Made by a program: the position numbers and the translations under genes. DNA of 64,000 nt from Candidatus Obscuribacterales bacterium (GTDB lineage Bacteria > Cyanobacteriota > Vampirovibrionia > Obscuribacterales > Obscuribacteraceae), in the NCBI GenBank assembly GCA_038322035.1, contig JBBQFO010000001.1, positions 17,366-81,365 on the forward strand. The letters are read 5' to 3'. A model generated the notes under the pieces. The model was given only the letters and a program-made list of their open reading frames with translations. It made no database searches and was not told where the DNA came from. Within the stretch, counting starts at the first letter, position 1, and the number at the start of each line of letters is the position of its first letter. Shown in pieces: positions 30,493-40,097 of this stretch.

Positions 30493-31071
30493 GTGAACGA
30501 TTTGGAAGCTCAAGTGCTGATTCAGTTGCGTTCCATCGCTCGATGGCAAGCAATGAATTATACGCATTCTCGTTTCTGTGCTTTAGATGATGTCGATAAA
30601 GCCTGCAATGCCCCCGAATTGCTTGAGCTTCTGAACCAATTTTCGGTCTCAGATTTGCTCCCGACTTCCGGGAACGTACTGTCCCGTTTTTTTCGCACAG
30701 ATGCTTTCGAGTTTTTGATAGCGATGAGTGCTAGCCCTCACTGGCTGTGGGTACTCGTCGCAGGGGCTGCACGGAACAAGCTGCCGATTTCCAAAAGCGA
30801 TGTCGATCGCGCCGTCGCTGTTGTCAGGCAAGATCTACTTTGTGTCGTTCAATCTTTGTCCAGTCGTACCGGCCAATTTAGTGTTTATGAACTCGCTCAT
30901 CTAATAGGACTTGGAGCGATTCTTTTGATTAGAGACGCGGGGGTGGAAGGTGAAACGACTATGTTGGTTAATCCGATGGTGAAAGATGCCTTGGTCCGTG
31001 CCCCTGATTTTACCGAATTTACTTTGCCATCGAATATGGTGCAAATCAACTTGGTCACTAACGGCTTTTAG
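30493..31071 (+). CDS. Hypothetical protein
   Basis: GTG start with GGAG 8 nt upstream. Globular-looking composition, no recognised motif. Confidence 0.5.
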   Translation: MNDLEAQVLIQLRSIARWQAMNYTHSRFCALDDVDKACNAPELLELLNQFSVSDLLPTSGNVLSRFFRTDAFEFLIAMSASPHWLWVLVAGAARNKLPISKSDVDRAVAVVRQDLLCVVQSLSSRTGQFSVYELAHLIGLGAILLIRDAGVEGETTMLVNPMVKDALVRAPDFTEFTLPSNMVQINLVTNGF

Positions 31072-31097
31072 CTAATCACCGATCGTCATGAGCAGGT

Positions 31098-31928
31098 CTA
31101 GGCGATTTTTTTTGCCCAAACTGATTGGATATTGTGAATTGTCACGGCCGGCATTTCACTATTTGCAAGTTGGTCCGCCAAATCTGCATACTTTTGATCT
31201 AGCTGTGCGGCTTTGTTCATATCCTGAGCCGCCAGATCGAACTCCATCATGTATTGGTATGCACATGCCCTTGCATAGTAGATTTCTGCCGCATCTGGAG
31301 CTAATTCCAGGGCTAAGTCAAAGTCTGAAATTGCCGCCGCGTAGTCCAAAGTATTGTAATGCGACAGGCCCCGCAAGTAGTGCGCGCAAGCAAAATCAGA
31401 TTGAAAGGCCAAGGCGTAAGTGCAATCTTCAATTGTATTCTCGAAATCGTTGAGCATGAAGTAGGCAAAGGCTCTTTTGGCAAATATCAGCGCACTGACT
31501 TCGTCTTGCAAGGCATGGCTTAGATCATCAATAGCAGCTTCGAAAGACTCGAGGCGCATGTTTAGGCTCGCTCTGTTGATGTACGCGGTGACGCAATGTT
31601 CATCTATTCGAATTGAACTCTTGAAATCAGCTAGCGCCTCTGAGTAGTCTCCGACGATGGCGAAGATCGCACCACGGTTTGCATAAGCTTCGGCGTTAGC
31701 AGGGTCGGACGCTATCAGTCTGTTGAAAAAGTACAAGGCACTATCATAATTGAGGCACGTCCAGCTCACGACCCCTGCTCCCATCAAGGCCTCACAACAG
31801 TCGTTGTCTAAAGAAAGGGCTTGTTCAAATTGTTCCAGCGCCTTCACAGGTTGAGCTTCAAATGTATATAACCATCCGCGCCTAGCATAGAATTTGGCAT
31901 CACAGACGATATCATTGATTTCAAACAT
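31098..31928 (-). CDS. TPR repeat protein
   Basis: Seven to eight consecutive ~34-aa repeats with the A/Y/F...A...F..A..LDP pattern (for example 'AEAYANRGAIFAIVGDYSEALADFKSSIRIDE'). Confidence 0.8.
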   Translation of the reverse strand: MFEINDIVCDAKFYARRGWLYTFEAQPVKALEQFEQALSLDNDCCEALMGAGVVSWTCLNYDSALYFFNRLIASDPANAEAYANRGAIFAIVGDYSEALADFKSSIRIDEHCVTAYINRASLNMRLESFEAAIDDLSHALQDEVSALIFAKRAFAYFMLNDFENTIEDCTYALAFQSDFACAHYLRGLSHYNTLDYAAAISDFDLALELAPDAAEIYYARACAYQYMMEFDLAAQDMNKAAQLDQKYADLADQLANSEMPAVTIHNIQSVWAKKIA

Positions 31929-32288
31929 ACAATTTGTATTCCTTTTATAAGCGGCTTAGGAAGCTCAGTTCACATGCCTAATTTCAACATGGAGTTATCG
32001 ATGTGTCACTGGTGAAATGCGCACGTCGAGTTCACTTGTGAGACTAGCGCGCCTCGCGTCAGTCGATGATGTTGAAGAGGTAGATGCCATGTGTGTCTCG
32101 CGCGACCTAGTTGCACATTTTTTCCACATCTTGTGATTGAAGTTTTCAATATAAGTTATGGATTGGTGGCAAAGAGATTTTGAAGTGATTTGAAAAATTC
32201 ACATCTTTTCCATTCTTGCAATTTATAGTTACTCAGTTAACGCACCGCGACTGTTTATGGTGCTTTAAAAGAATTTGTAAGCAGGGGG

Positions 32289-32316
32289 CGGACTCACTTT
32301 GGTGGGTCCGTTTCTT
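32289..32316 (+). terminator. Orphan plus-strand terminator-like hairpin in an intergenic region
   Basis: CGGACTCAC-tttg-GTGGGTCCG (9 bp including one G-U pair) followed by TTTCTTAATG. No annotated plus-strand gene lies upstream. Confidence 0.45.
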
Positions 32317-32800
32317 AATGACCGCTTTTATTGCAGTTTAGAATTTCAATTCCTTCTATTGAGGTTGATTGATTATTTCGGCGCATTTATATTGATGTCC
32401 GAATTGATAGAAAGAGGATGCAGGCAGAACGTTGCAACAGCGCACGAGCTTCGCTAACTAGTTAAGTGAGAAAGGATGCTCTTTACATTCTGTTCTAACG
32501 GACGAAAATCTGCCTGCACACGGCGATAATTGAGAGTGAATAGTGCTACCTGTGGTACCAGTGTTTTTACGCTAGCGCAACCTTTCCGACCCTAAAATTC
32601 ATCATCACAGGTACGTACAAACCATGCTGACAACTGACTAATTGATGCTTAGAATGCTTCGTATTGAAACGCAGTTGTTCGGAATTGCTAAGCCGCGTCG
32701 GCGACCTGTCTAGTCGGACAGAACGACGGTATCTGCAAAAGGCTGCAAGTTCAACTGTGCGGAAATTTGTTCACTACAACGAAGAGGGAGGATAAAATCC

Positions 32801-33283
32801 ATGGTTAGCAGTTTCGATAGTCGGATCAATGTCTCGCAAGAGAGGCAAGACCCAGGAGTATGGAATACGAAAATAGCTGCAGAAATGTATGGCAAATCAG
32901 AACGAACCATTAGACGTCTATTAAAAGATGGTGTCATTGAAGGATATAAAATAGAAGGACCTTGTGGTCCCGAGTGGCGAATTAAGCCTGATGCCAGCGT
33001 AATCGGTGCAATTAAGCACGAATCCGCAGTCGGGATGTTTGCAAAAATCGATAACGATAAAGAGATTATCGCTCAGCTTGAGATCCGCATCGCAGAGCTT
33101 GAGCGAAGTCTGCAATTACAAGGACAGCATTTCCGGGTACAGAGGCTGCACCTGGTGGCAAATCAACCGGCCCCCATTGTGGCACGCTCGCCTATCGCAA
33201 GTACCGTATCTCAATTCTGGCAATCCATGCGCAGCACCGTCGGCGCGATTTTTAATGCTTGTCGTCTCGCGCCGAGCAAATGA
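32801..33283 (+). CDS. Excisionase/MerR-type helix-turn-helix DNA-binding protein with coiled-coil tail
   Basis: GGGAGGA RBS. 'IAAEMYGKSERTIRRLLKDGVIEGYKIEGPCGPEWRI' matches the HTH_17/excisionase-type pattern. It is followed by the coiled coil 'IIAQLEIRIAELERSLQLQ'. Confidence 0.65.
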   Translation: MVSSFDSRINVSQERQDPGVWNTKIAAEMYGKSERTIRRLLKDGVIEGYKIEGPCGPEWRIKPDASVIGAIKHESAVGMFAKIDNDKEIIAQLEIRIAELERSLQLQGQHFRVQRLHLVANQPAPIVARSPIASTVSQFWQSMRSTVGAIFNACRLAPSK

Positions 33284-33784
33284 GGTGGTGTGGAAACAAA
33301 ATTATCTATTGGCAGTGCTGGATAATTTTTTGACTTCCACACTCTTTGTGCATTAACTGTGCAGTGCCTCACTGCATACGGTGCGCACTTTTCGATCAAG
33401 CACCTTTGAGTCGGTCCTCTGACTGATCACCCGATGCTCCAGTACCCCGCTGAACTCCCTTGTTCACAAGCATTTGGTGCGACGTCTGTCGCTTTCGTTC
33501 CAAGCCACTACTATTGTTCATTGATGTGCGTGTTCGTTGCGTAGTCTTTTCTTGCGCGCTCGCGTCAAATTCCATCTGTGCTTTTCGTGGAAATTTTTTC
33601 AATGCGATGACACGAAAACGCGCATGCACGAAAACTTTTATGATGATCTTATCTTCCGCAAGCCGCGCTAACGTCGCAAGTGAGTCGGGCTGCGCACTTC
33701 ACCAGTGACTCAATGCACATTGCATGTTGCAATAAGGCATGTAAACAGAATTTGTGTTTTGCATTGTTGCAAAGGATATATTGT

Positions 33785-36700
33785 ATGTGCATTTGGCGAG
33801 AGAAATATTTCCATTCGTTGTGCGCTTGCTTAACGCTAACACTCTTGCTTAGTTCGTTCACTGCGGCCCTGGCTCAAACGGTACCCCCGCCACCAGGAGT
33901 TGGTACTGGTATTGATGGCGGTGCTGCCGCTCTCGCTCCCCCAGCACGTCGGACCCAATCGACCGTGCCCGCCGCTCCCTACGTCGATGCTATTGGTCAA
34001 ACCAGCCTGATCGTTCAAAGTGCTGAGCAAAATGAGCAGAGCGTGATTGCAAATGTCAACACTCAGCTGCTGCAAGGCAGTGAGCTGGGAGCGTACAACG
34101 AGACTTATATGGGATTGAAAAACTTTTGGAGCGATGACATCGTCAGTAATCTATTTCAAAACATCGGACAGCTTATTGGTCGCTGGGTAACTGAATTGAT
34201 TAACGGTTGGGTATCGGATACGGTGCAGTTCCTGACCGCATTTTTGAGAACGTTCGTGCTAAATCCGAATGTCGCCGTCAACGGTTTACGAGGGCTTCCC
34301 GGGGCGGGCACCGGCAGTGATGATATATCGCCTTACATTCGTCAGGCAGCCGATGTAATGTATTCGATTGCCGTCGATCTATTGTTGCTATTGTTCATTC
34401 TAAGTATATGGAAGTACTGGGTTGATGCCGCCTGGCGCGGTGGTGTCAACCTTATGGGTGCGGTTGGAAGATTGATCTTCACTTCCGGACTCTTGCTCGC
34501 CTGGCCTACGATTTATGCCTTTGAAATTCAAATCACAAATGAAATGATAAAAGCTATTTTTTTCAGCTCGGCTGATCAGGTGGCGATGCTTGATGGCGCC
34601 ATGGCGGCTGCAGTTAAAGGAGGGTTAGTTGCCGGAGCCGGTTTGCTTGCCAGTGCTTTCGCCCCAGTCGTCGGTGGTCTCGCCGGTGGTGCATTGGTAG
34701 GTGGCGGTGGTGGCTTGGTTCTGGGTACAGTGGGTGAAGTCGTCGCTTTTGCGGGACTGATCATTTATTTGTTTCTGGGAGTGGTGCTGATTACACAGCT
34801 TATTTACATTCTGGTTTTGAAGGCAATTCAAACGGCTCTTCTGACTGCTCAATATATGTTCGCTCCGTTTTTCCTTGTCTTCTTTGCCACACCAAGTACG
34901 GAAAGTATAACCTCAGGATTTATCAGATCTTTTGTTGAAGTGAGCTTATGGACATTTTGTTGGGTTGGCTTGCTGAAAATCATGGTGATTTTGCTGTTTT
35001 CCGATTTCAATCCCTGGGGCAAAATCATTATGTCCATAGGCGTTCTTCAGCTGATGATTTCGGTTCCTGATTTTCTGTCGCGGGCAAGAATCAGCCCGAT
35101 GTCTAGTTTTATCTCGGCGGGCATGATTTCAGGCGGACTGATGAGCGGAATGAAAGCTTTGGGTGGCGCTGCAAAATTTAGAACTGGTCAAGCAATTGAC
35201 TATCACACCAATCAAAAATATGCAGCGAGAGGATTAGAACAGTCAAACTCTGTCGGTCTTAATGGGGTAAATCCAAATGTCCAAGATCCGGCATTATTGA
35301 AATCATTGAAGGATGTTAAAAACCAGAGCGGCGCTACACCCCCTACAACACCGCCAAAAACATCTACACCACCGCTAGAGACTGATCCTAATGCGCCTAA
35401 ATCACCAGGCGATGGCGGCGTGCCTGGCGATAAGCCCTTAAAACCTACAGGCGATCAGCCTGCAGGAGCCGAAGCAGCCACGCCCCCGTTGAAAAAGGCT
35501 GATGGGCACGGAATTCAGAAGGACGTTCCTCCGAGCACCATCCACGGTGTTGCGGTAGATTCGAGCAAAGGAAATCCAGGTAGTTCTGACGCTGCTGACG
35601 CATTGAAGTCCGGGGCAGTTGCAGGCGATGAATCTGCCACGCTGAATACGGCGATAGTCCAGAAATCCAGCGGCGCCAACCATGGGCCAGAAGATATCAA
35701 TTTTGCACCGCCCGGCAAAGATGTAAATGCCGCAGGCGGCGTGCCCCCTGTTGGTGCGGGCGGGAAGTCGAAGCCCCTTACCCCGGCTCCAAACGCATAC
35801 ACTGCGCGACAAATAGCTGGCACTGTGCCAGTGGCAACGGATCTGGATAGAAAACAGGGTAACTACATCGACCCGAGCACCATGATTTTGCAGTCAGGCG
35901 ATGGTGATGATGGCGGTGTCGCTGTGCCCCCTCCACCTCAGTCGGCAACGCCACTAACGAATCCGCCTTCAGCGGCACCGGCGGTCACGGAGAGCCCCTA
36001 CGATAAATATGACAGAGCCAACTATAGAAACGTTCCAGTTCGAAATTTCCTTACTGATATTAGAACCGCAGTGAGAAGCATGGGCACACACAGTGGCACG
36101 AGCAGCATTATTGGTGACACCAAGGGTAATGTTCATCACGCCCGCTTCAACGAAGACGACACCCCTGAACAAAAAGCGCAGTTACTTGCAACAGGTGGCT
36201 TTGCTCAAAAATATTCAACCGACCCTGTCGGCTTCGATGCGGCAAGGCAATCAGCGATTGATGCAGGTGCCGACAGTCCACAAGGGTTCTTTGAAAATAT
36301 GTCTGCCGGTTTTCTAGCGCACAATGGGAAAAGTTTCAAGCAAACTGCACTGGCTAAACAAAGATTTCAAAAGGCGCTTCTTCAACAGGCGGTAGTTGGT
36401 TCGCAGGCGTACGTTGGCATGGACTCGGAAAATGCCAACGCTTACACTGGCTATCTAAATTCCACGTATGGGGAGATGACTTCGGATAGACAAGCTCAAA
36501 TGATCTATCTAATTGAAGACGAAGGAAATGCTGATTCAGGCTGGAATCCCAATCGACCTGCCGCGATCGACTTGCTCACCAGAACAGGTTTGGGAGTCAC
36601 GAACACGCGCATTGCGGCCGCATCAGTTGAAGGTGTTAAGGGTCTAGCACCATGGGCGAAGAACGCAGGCATTTTGAGTGTGTCTGCGCTGCTCGATCAA

Positions 36701-37855
36701 AAAGCAGACTCACATTTTGCTGGACAAAATGATGTTCACCCGATGGTACGAGATGCTTTTGTTGGTCAAATAGCAGACACAATTACACCGTCAGATGTTG
36801 CTAGTTGTTTAGCGATCATGATCGAGGCTCCCAATGCCCAGGCTGGCACAGAATTATGCCGCAATGAAGCATTAGTTCAATCGGTTTCCAGCTTGGTCTC
36901 AGGCGGCTATCAAAGAGATCATGCCACGGCAGTAAAGAGTTTGGGCGAAATTGCGAGACAATTGCAATCAGGCTCGGCACCGCCTCCTGGTGGAAGAATG
37001 GGCAACATTCCTCAGAACTCTTCGCCTCCTTACGTGCCACCATATGTGCCGCCTTACGCACCGTCGAATCCGCAATCTGCAAATACGTTCACTCCAGTTG
37101 AGATCATTGTGGATCAACAGGATGATTTTTATTCGGCTGCAAATGGAGGAGCCGATCTCTCGTTCGATACCGTGAATCCAGCCATGATCGATTATACGTC
37201 TCGCGACAGTTTTCAATCTGGCAGTGCTCAATCAGGACCTGCAGCCAATCGGCCGATAAGACAAACTATTGTATCGGGCGGTTCCAGTTCAAGTTTATCG
37301 ACATCGGCAGCACTCAGTGGTAGTTCGCAAGAACAGATTTTGCATGCCCATCAAATTATCATGCAAGCGCATGATGCAGGTTTTGATGATCGGCAGTTGC
37401 GCGTTCCAAACATCGCCAAGGCTGTAGTTTCAATTCACAATCAGCCACATCTGATGCGACCTGCCGCTATGGCTGCTGCAGTATTGTCTCCAGAAGAATT
37501 AACGGTTGATACCATCAAGGCAGCCGATCAAATGGTTGCAGCTAATTGGAACCAAATTGGTCGCGAAGATTTGATTGCTGGACAATCAATCGTGCAACAA
37601 AATGGTTATCCCGACAGACAAGCTGTGCAAATTGTTAGGCAGAATCCTGATTACACACCAACGCTTTCGCAATCTCCTGGTGGCGATTGGCAGGTTCCTG
37701 TCGTTCCTAACCAGGCCGTTCAAGACGTCAACAAGGTGCACCAAGGCCGGTATGGCTTCTCAAGTTTGCAACCTAGTAGTTCCGGTCTTGGCTCCGGTCC
37801 ATCAGCCACAAGTACACCGCCATCGACACCGCCTGTGCAGCTGAATCTTTTTTGA
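33785..37855 (+). CDS. Giant (1356 aa) polytopic membrane protein with long Pro-rich hydrophilic C-terminal region (VirB6/TrbL-like topology, tentative)
   Basis: ATG at 33785 is preceded by AAGGA. Signal-like 'CACLTLTLLLSSFTAALAQ'. About 8 hydrophobic helices, including the Gly-rich 'GGLVAGAGLLASAFAPVVGGLAGGALVGGGGGLVLG'. Then ~870 hydrophilic aa with linkers 'PPTTPPKTSTPP' and 'PPYVPPYVPPYAP'. The family call rests on topology only. Confidence 0.7.
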   Translation: MCIWREKYFHSLCACLTLTLLLSSFTAALAQTVPPPPGVGTGIDGGAAALAPPARRTQSTVPAAPYVDAIGQTSLIVQSAEQNEQSVIANVNTQLLQGSELGAYNETYMGLKNFWSDDIVSNLFQNIGQLIGRWVTELINGWVSDTVQFLTAFLRTFVLNPNVAVNGLRGLPGAGTGSDDISPYIRQAADVMYSIAVDLLLLLFILSIWKYWVDAAWRGGVNLMGAVGRLIFTSGLLLAWPTIYAFEIQITNEMIKAIFFSSADQVAMLDGAMAAAVKGGLVAGAGLLASAFAPVVGGLAGGALVGGGGGLVLGTVGEVVAFAGLIIYLFLGVVLITQLIYILVLKAIQTALLTAQYMFAPFFLVFFATPSTESITSGFIRSFVEVSLWTFCWVGLLKIMVILLFSDFNPWGKIIMSIGVLQLMISVPDFLSRARISPMSSFISAGMISGGLMSGMKALGGAAKFRTGQAIDYHTNQKYAARGLEQSNSVGLNGVNPNVQDPALLKSLKDVKNQSGATPPTTPPKTSTPPLETDPNAPKSPGDGGVPGDKPLKPTGDQPAGAEAATPPLKKADGHGIQKDVPPSTIHGVAVDSSKGNPGSSDAADALKSGAVAGDESATLNTAIVQKSSGANHGPEDINFAPPGKDVNAAGGVPPVGAGGKSKPLTPAPNAYTARQIAGTVPVATDLDRKQGNYIDPSTMILQSGDGDDGGVAVPPPPQSATPLTNPPSAAPAVTESPYDKYDRANYRNVPVRNFLTDIRTAVRSMGTHSGTSSIIGDTKGNVHHARFNEDDTPEQKAQLLATGGFAQKYSTDPVGFDAARQSAIDAGADSPQGFFENMSAGFLAHNGKSFKQTALAKQRFQKALLQQAVVGSQAYVGMDSENANAYTGYLNSTYGEMTSDRQAQMIYLIEDEGNADSGWNPNRPAAIDLLTRTGLGVTNTRIAAASVEGVKGLAPWAKNAGILSVSALLDQKADSHFAGQNDVHPMVRDAFVGQIADTITPSDVASCLAIMIEAPNAQAGTELCRNEALVQSVSSLVSGGYQRDHATAVKSLGEIARQLQSGSAPPPGGRMGNIPQNSSPPYVPPYVPPYAPSNPQSANTFTPVEIIVDQQDDFYSAANGGADLSFDTVNPAMIDYTSRDSFQSGSAQSGPAANRPIRQTIVSGGSSSSLSTSAALSGSSQEQILHAHQIIMQAHDAGFDDRQLRVPNIAKAVVSIHNQPHLMRPAAMAAAVLSPEELTVDTIKAADQMVAANWNQIGREDLIAGQSIVQQNGYPDRQAVQIVRQNPDYTPTLSQSPGGDWQVPVVPNQAVQDVNKVHQGRYGFSSLQPSSSGLGSGPSATSTPPSTPPVQLNLF

Positions 37856-38000
37856 TTGATAACCTGCACTAGCTCGCTGGGGTGCCTTGCAAAATCCAGG
37901 GATTTGTTCGCCTTGATTTTCTACGCTCAACTACTTACTACTATTCGACATCAGTCTCTGTCGACAATCGCTACCATTCGTATCCGGAGTTCTTACTGGT

Positions 38001-38210
38001 TCACCAATATTTGTAGGGAAGACGCACTCGATCAATGCCGCACCATGCTAATGTCGTTCCGCTTGCGAGCAAGCCGACTGCCACCAAAAGCAGTACCAAC
38101 CCAAGCGGTCTGCCCTCACCTGTTGCGCAGGCAAACAGAAATGGCAGCCCCCAGCATCCCAGTCCGAAGCCGGTGAGCACGGTTTTCTTGTTCTTCAGCT
38201 CACCGAGCAA
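38001..38210 (-). CDS. Possible small membrane protein or gene remnant (no ATG/GTG start)
   Basis: The frame is open for ~95 codons with three hydrophobic helices ('AVGLAYILVAILL','GFGLGCWGLPFLFACA','LGLVLLLVAVGLLASG'). Only TTG/CTG starts are available and there is no SD. Confidence 0.25.
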   Translation of the reverse strand: MLGELKNKKTVLTGFGLGCWGLPFLFACATGEGRPLGLVLLLVAVGLLASGTTLAWCGIDRVRLPYKYW

Positions 38211-38837
38211 AATAGCAACGAGGATGTAGGCGAGGCCGACGGCGAAAAAACGTTGCCCGTGAGGCAGTGCAAGCCGCGCGAGGTCCAGGTAATAGACAGA
38301 GATAATCGCTTAATCTAGCCGGTACTAGCGGCGCGAAGATCGAACATTAGCTTGCTGCCTCTGCCAAACAGCACTTTCCTCTGAACGCTGAGTTAGCGAC
38401 GTTAGTCGCGTTGACCGGCATCGCGAGAGATAGCGCACCACATCTGATTAGTTTGCTCTGGTTTTCATCCTGGAAAAGCCCAAATGCAGGAACATTCTAC
38501 CTGCTAAATTGGTTCACATTCGCAAACATTCGATGCAAAGAGTGGTCGAACATTCATAGGGTATGCGTATCTGCTTTTCCCACCCAATCAAACGCCAAAG
38601 GTTCTCAATCCACCCATTATGACGGTTCTTCTATCTTCACTTCTTCAATGCGCACCAGCGCAATGTAGGGAGGTGCGAGTGCAAGTGTTATAAGTTTCAT
38701 CGCTGGTTAAGCTGGCAGATGGGCAGGGATTAAGCAGATCGGACATGACTGGAGACAGATTGTGTTCGCCGTCAAATTTGAATCTTCATTTTCAGTCCTG
38801 GAGAAAGGCGGTTAGCTGAACCTTACGATCAGGTTTA

Positions 38838-38859
38838 CCCGACTGTTTCTGCAGTCGGG
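38838..38859 (+). promoter_or_regulatory. Hairpin immediately upstream of the nicotinamidase-like gene (terminator or leader structure)
   Basis: CCCGACTG-tttctg-CAGTCGGG. A U-tract (TTTTCGTT) begins 5 nt after the stem, 30 nt before the start codon. Confidence 0.4.
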
Positions 38860-38890
38860 CACAGTTTTCGTTCGTACCTATGAAAGGATA

Positions 38891-40009
38891 TTGAAGTTGG
38901 CTAATCAACAGAAGTATGAGACGCAATTGCCGGCATCTTTCGATCAGAATAACGTCGGGCTTTTCGACGAAATCGACTTCCGGGAAAACATTGACCAGGC
39001 GGAAGCGTACGAAATCGCTAACCACATCGAACAGCGTGAAAACGACGCTGCCGACGAAGTCGTCAAACTGGCGATCATCGACAATCAGGTCGACTTCGAT
39101 CTCAAAGAAGGGCGCTTGACCATATTCCCGGCAGCTGTGCGGGACCTGATCAACTTGCTGCTCTTCATCTTCCACAATCTGCGCATCATCTCTGACATCA
39201 TTGTCACCTTAGACAACCACCTTCTGGCCCACATCTTCTCGCCTATCTTCTGGGTGTCAGCCGCTGACGGCAAGACTCACCCATGGCCCGGTTCCAAAGG
39301 CGAGCTGACCGCTATCTTCCCCGACGACGTGGGAACCAAGTGGAATGTAAACCCGAAGATGGTGTGGATCTGCCTGGGCAAGAAGGCAACGCCGGAAAAT
39401 ATCGCCGAACTACAAAAGTATGCGAAGTGGTATTGCGCGGAGTTGCTCCGTCAGGGCAAGCCACCGCTGGTGGTGTGGCCCGTGCATTGCCGTCTGGGCA
39501 GCAAAGGCGCAGCACTTGTCCCGGCTCTGATGCGTGCCGTTGACTTCTTCGACGTCGTTCGCGGGAGCGTCAGCACTTGGCGCGTCAAAGGACTGAACAA
39601 GCTCACTGAAGGCTACAGCCCGTTTGGCGACGAAATCAAAATGTACGGCAAGACGAAGGTCGGCGAAGACTCGGTTGCCGTCATTCAGGATTTGCTAAAC
39701 TGCGCCATGCTGATCATCGCTGGTCAGGCCCTCAGCCACTGCGTGCGGGCGGCTATCTATGACATCATGCGCCAGATTTTGGAAATGGAGAAGGCTCAGG
39801 GCATTGATCCATCACAGTCTTTGACACGCAAAATCTACATTCTCGTCGACGCCTCCTCACCTGTGCCGACCTTCGAAAAGCAGGCTCAGGATGCACTCAT
39901 CGACTTCAAGAATGCGGGCATGAACGTGGTCCTGACCACAACTCCGATTCGCGACTGGCCCAATCTGCCAAAGGGCGTCGCCGCGAAGATTGATCGGTTA
40001 GCGGCCTAG
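38891..40009 (+). CDS. Expanded PncA-type nicotinamidase / isochorismatase-fold cysteine hydrolase
   Basis: Ordered motifs: 'AIIDNQVDF' (Asp), 'LDNHLLAH' (DxH..H metal-site-like), 'VVWPVHCRLGSKGAAL' (WPxHC), 'VKGLNKLTEGYSPF' (Lys, YSxF), 'IIAGQALSHCVRAAIYD' (nucleophile Cys). TTG start at 38891 or 38897 (AAGGA at 38884-38888). About 150 aa longer than canonical PncA, with an acidic N-terminal extension, an internal insertion and a C-terminal extension. Confidence 0.75.
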   Translation: MKLANQQKYETQLPASFDQNNVGLFDEIDFRENIDQAEAYEIANHIEQRENDAADEVVKLAIIDNQVDFDLKEGRLTIFPAAVRDLINLLLFIFHNLRIISDIIVTLDNHLLAHIFSPIFWVSAADGKTHPWPGSKGELTAIFPDDVGTKWNVNPKMVWICLGKKATPENIAELQKYAKWYCAELLRQGKPPLVVWPVHCRLGSKGAALVPALMRAVDFFDVVRGSVSTWRVKGLNKLTEGYSPFGDEIKMYGKTKVGEDSVAVIQDLLNCAMLIIAGQALSHCVRAAIYDIMRQILEMEKAQGIDPSQSLTRKIYILVDASSPVPTFEKQAQDALIDFKNAGMNVVLTTTPIRDWPNLPKGVAAKIDRLAA

Positions 40010-40034
40010 ACCGCACCATTGTCGGCTCACAACT

Positions 40035-40062
40035 GCACCGGGATTGGTATCACTCCCGGTGC
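40035..40062 (+). terminator. Hairpin between the nicotinamidase-like and vWA genes (weak terminator/attenuator)
   Basis: Perfect 9-bp stem GCACCGGGA/TCCCGGTGC with a 10-nt loop, followed by CTTATTCG. Confidence 0.45.
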
Positions 40063-40097
40063 CTTATTCGACTCTATTGATAAGGAAGGTGAATACC

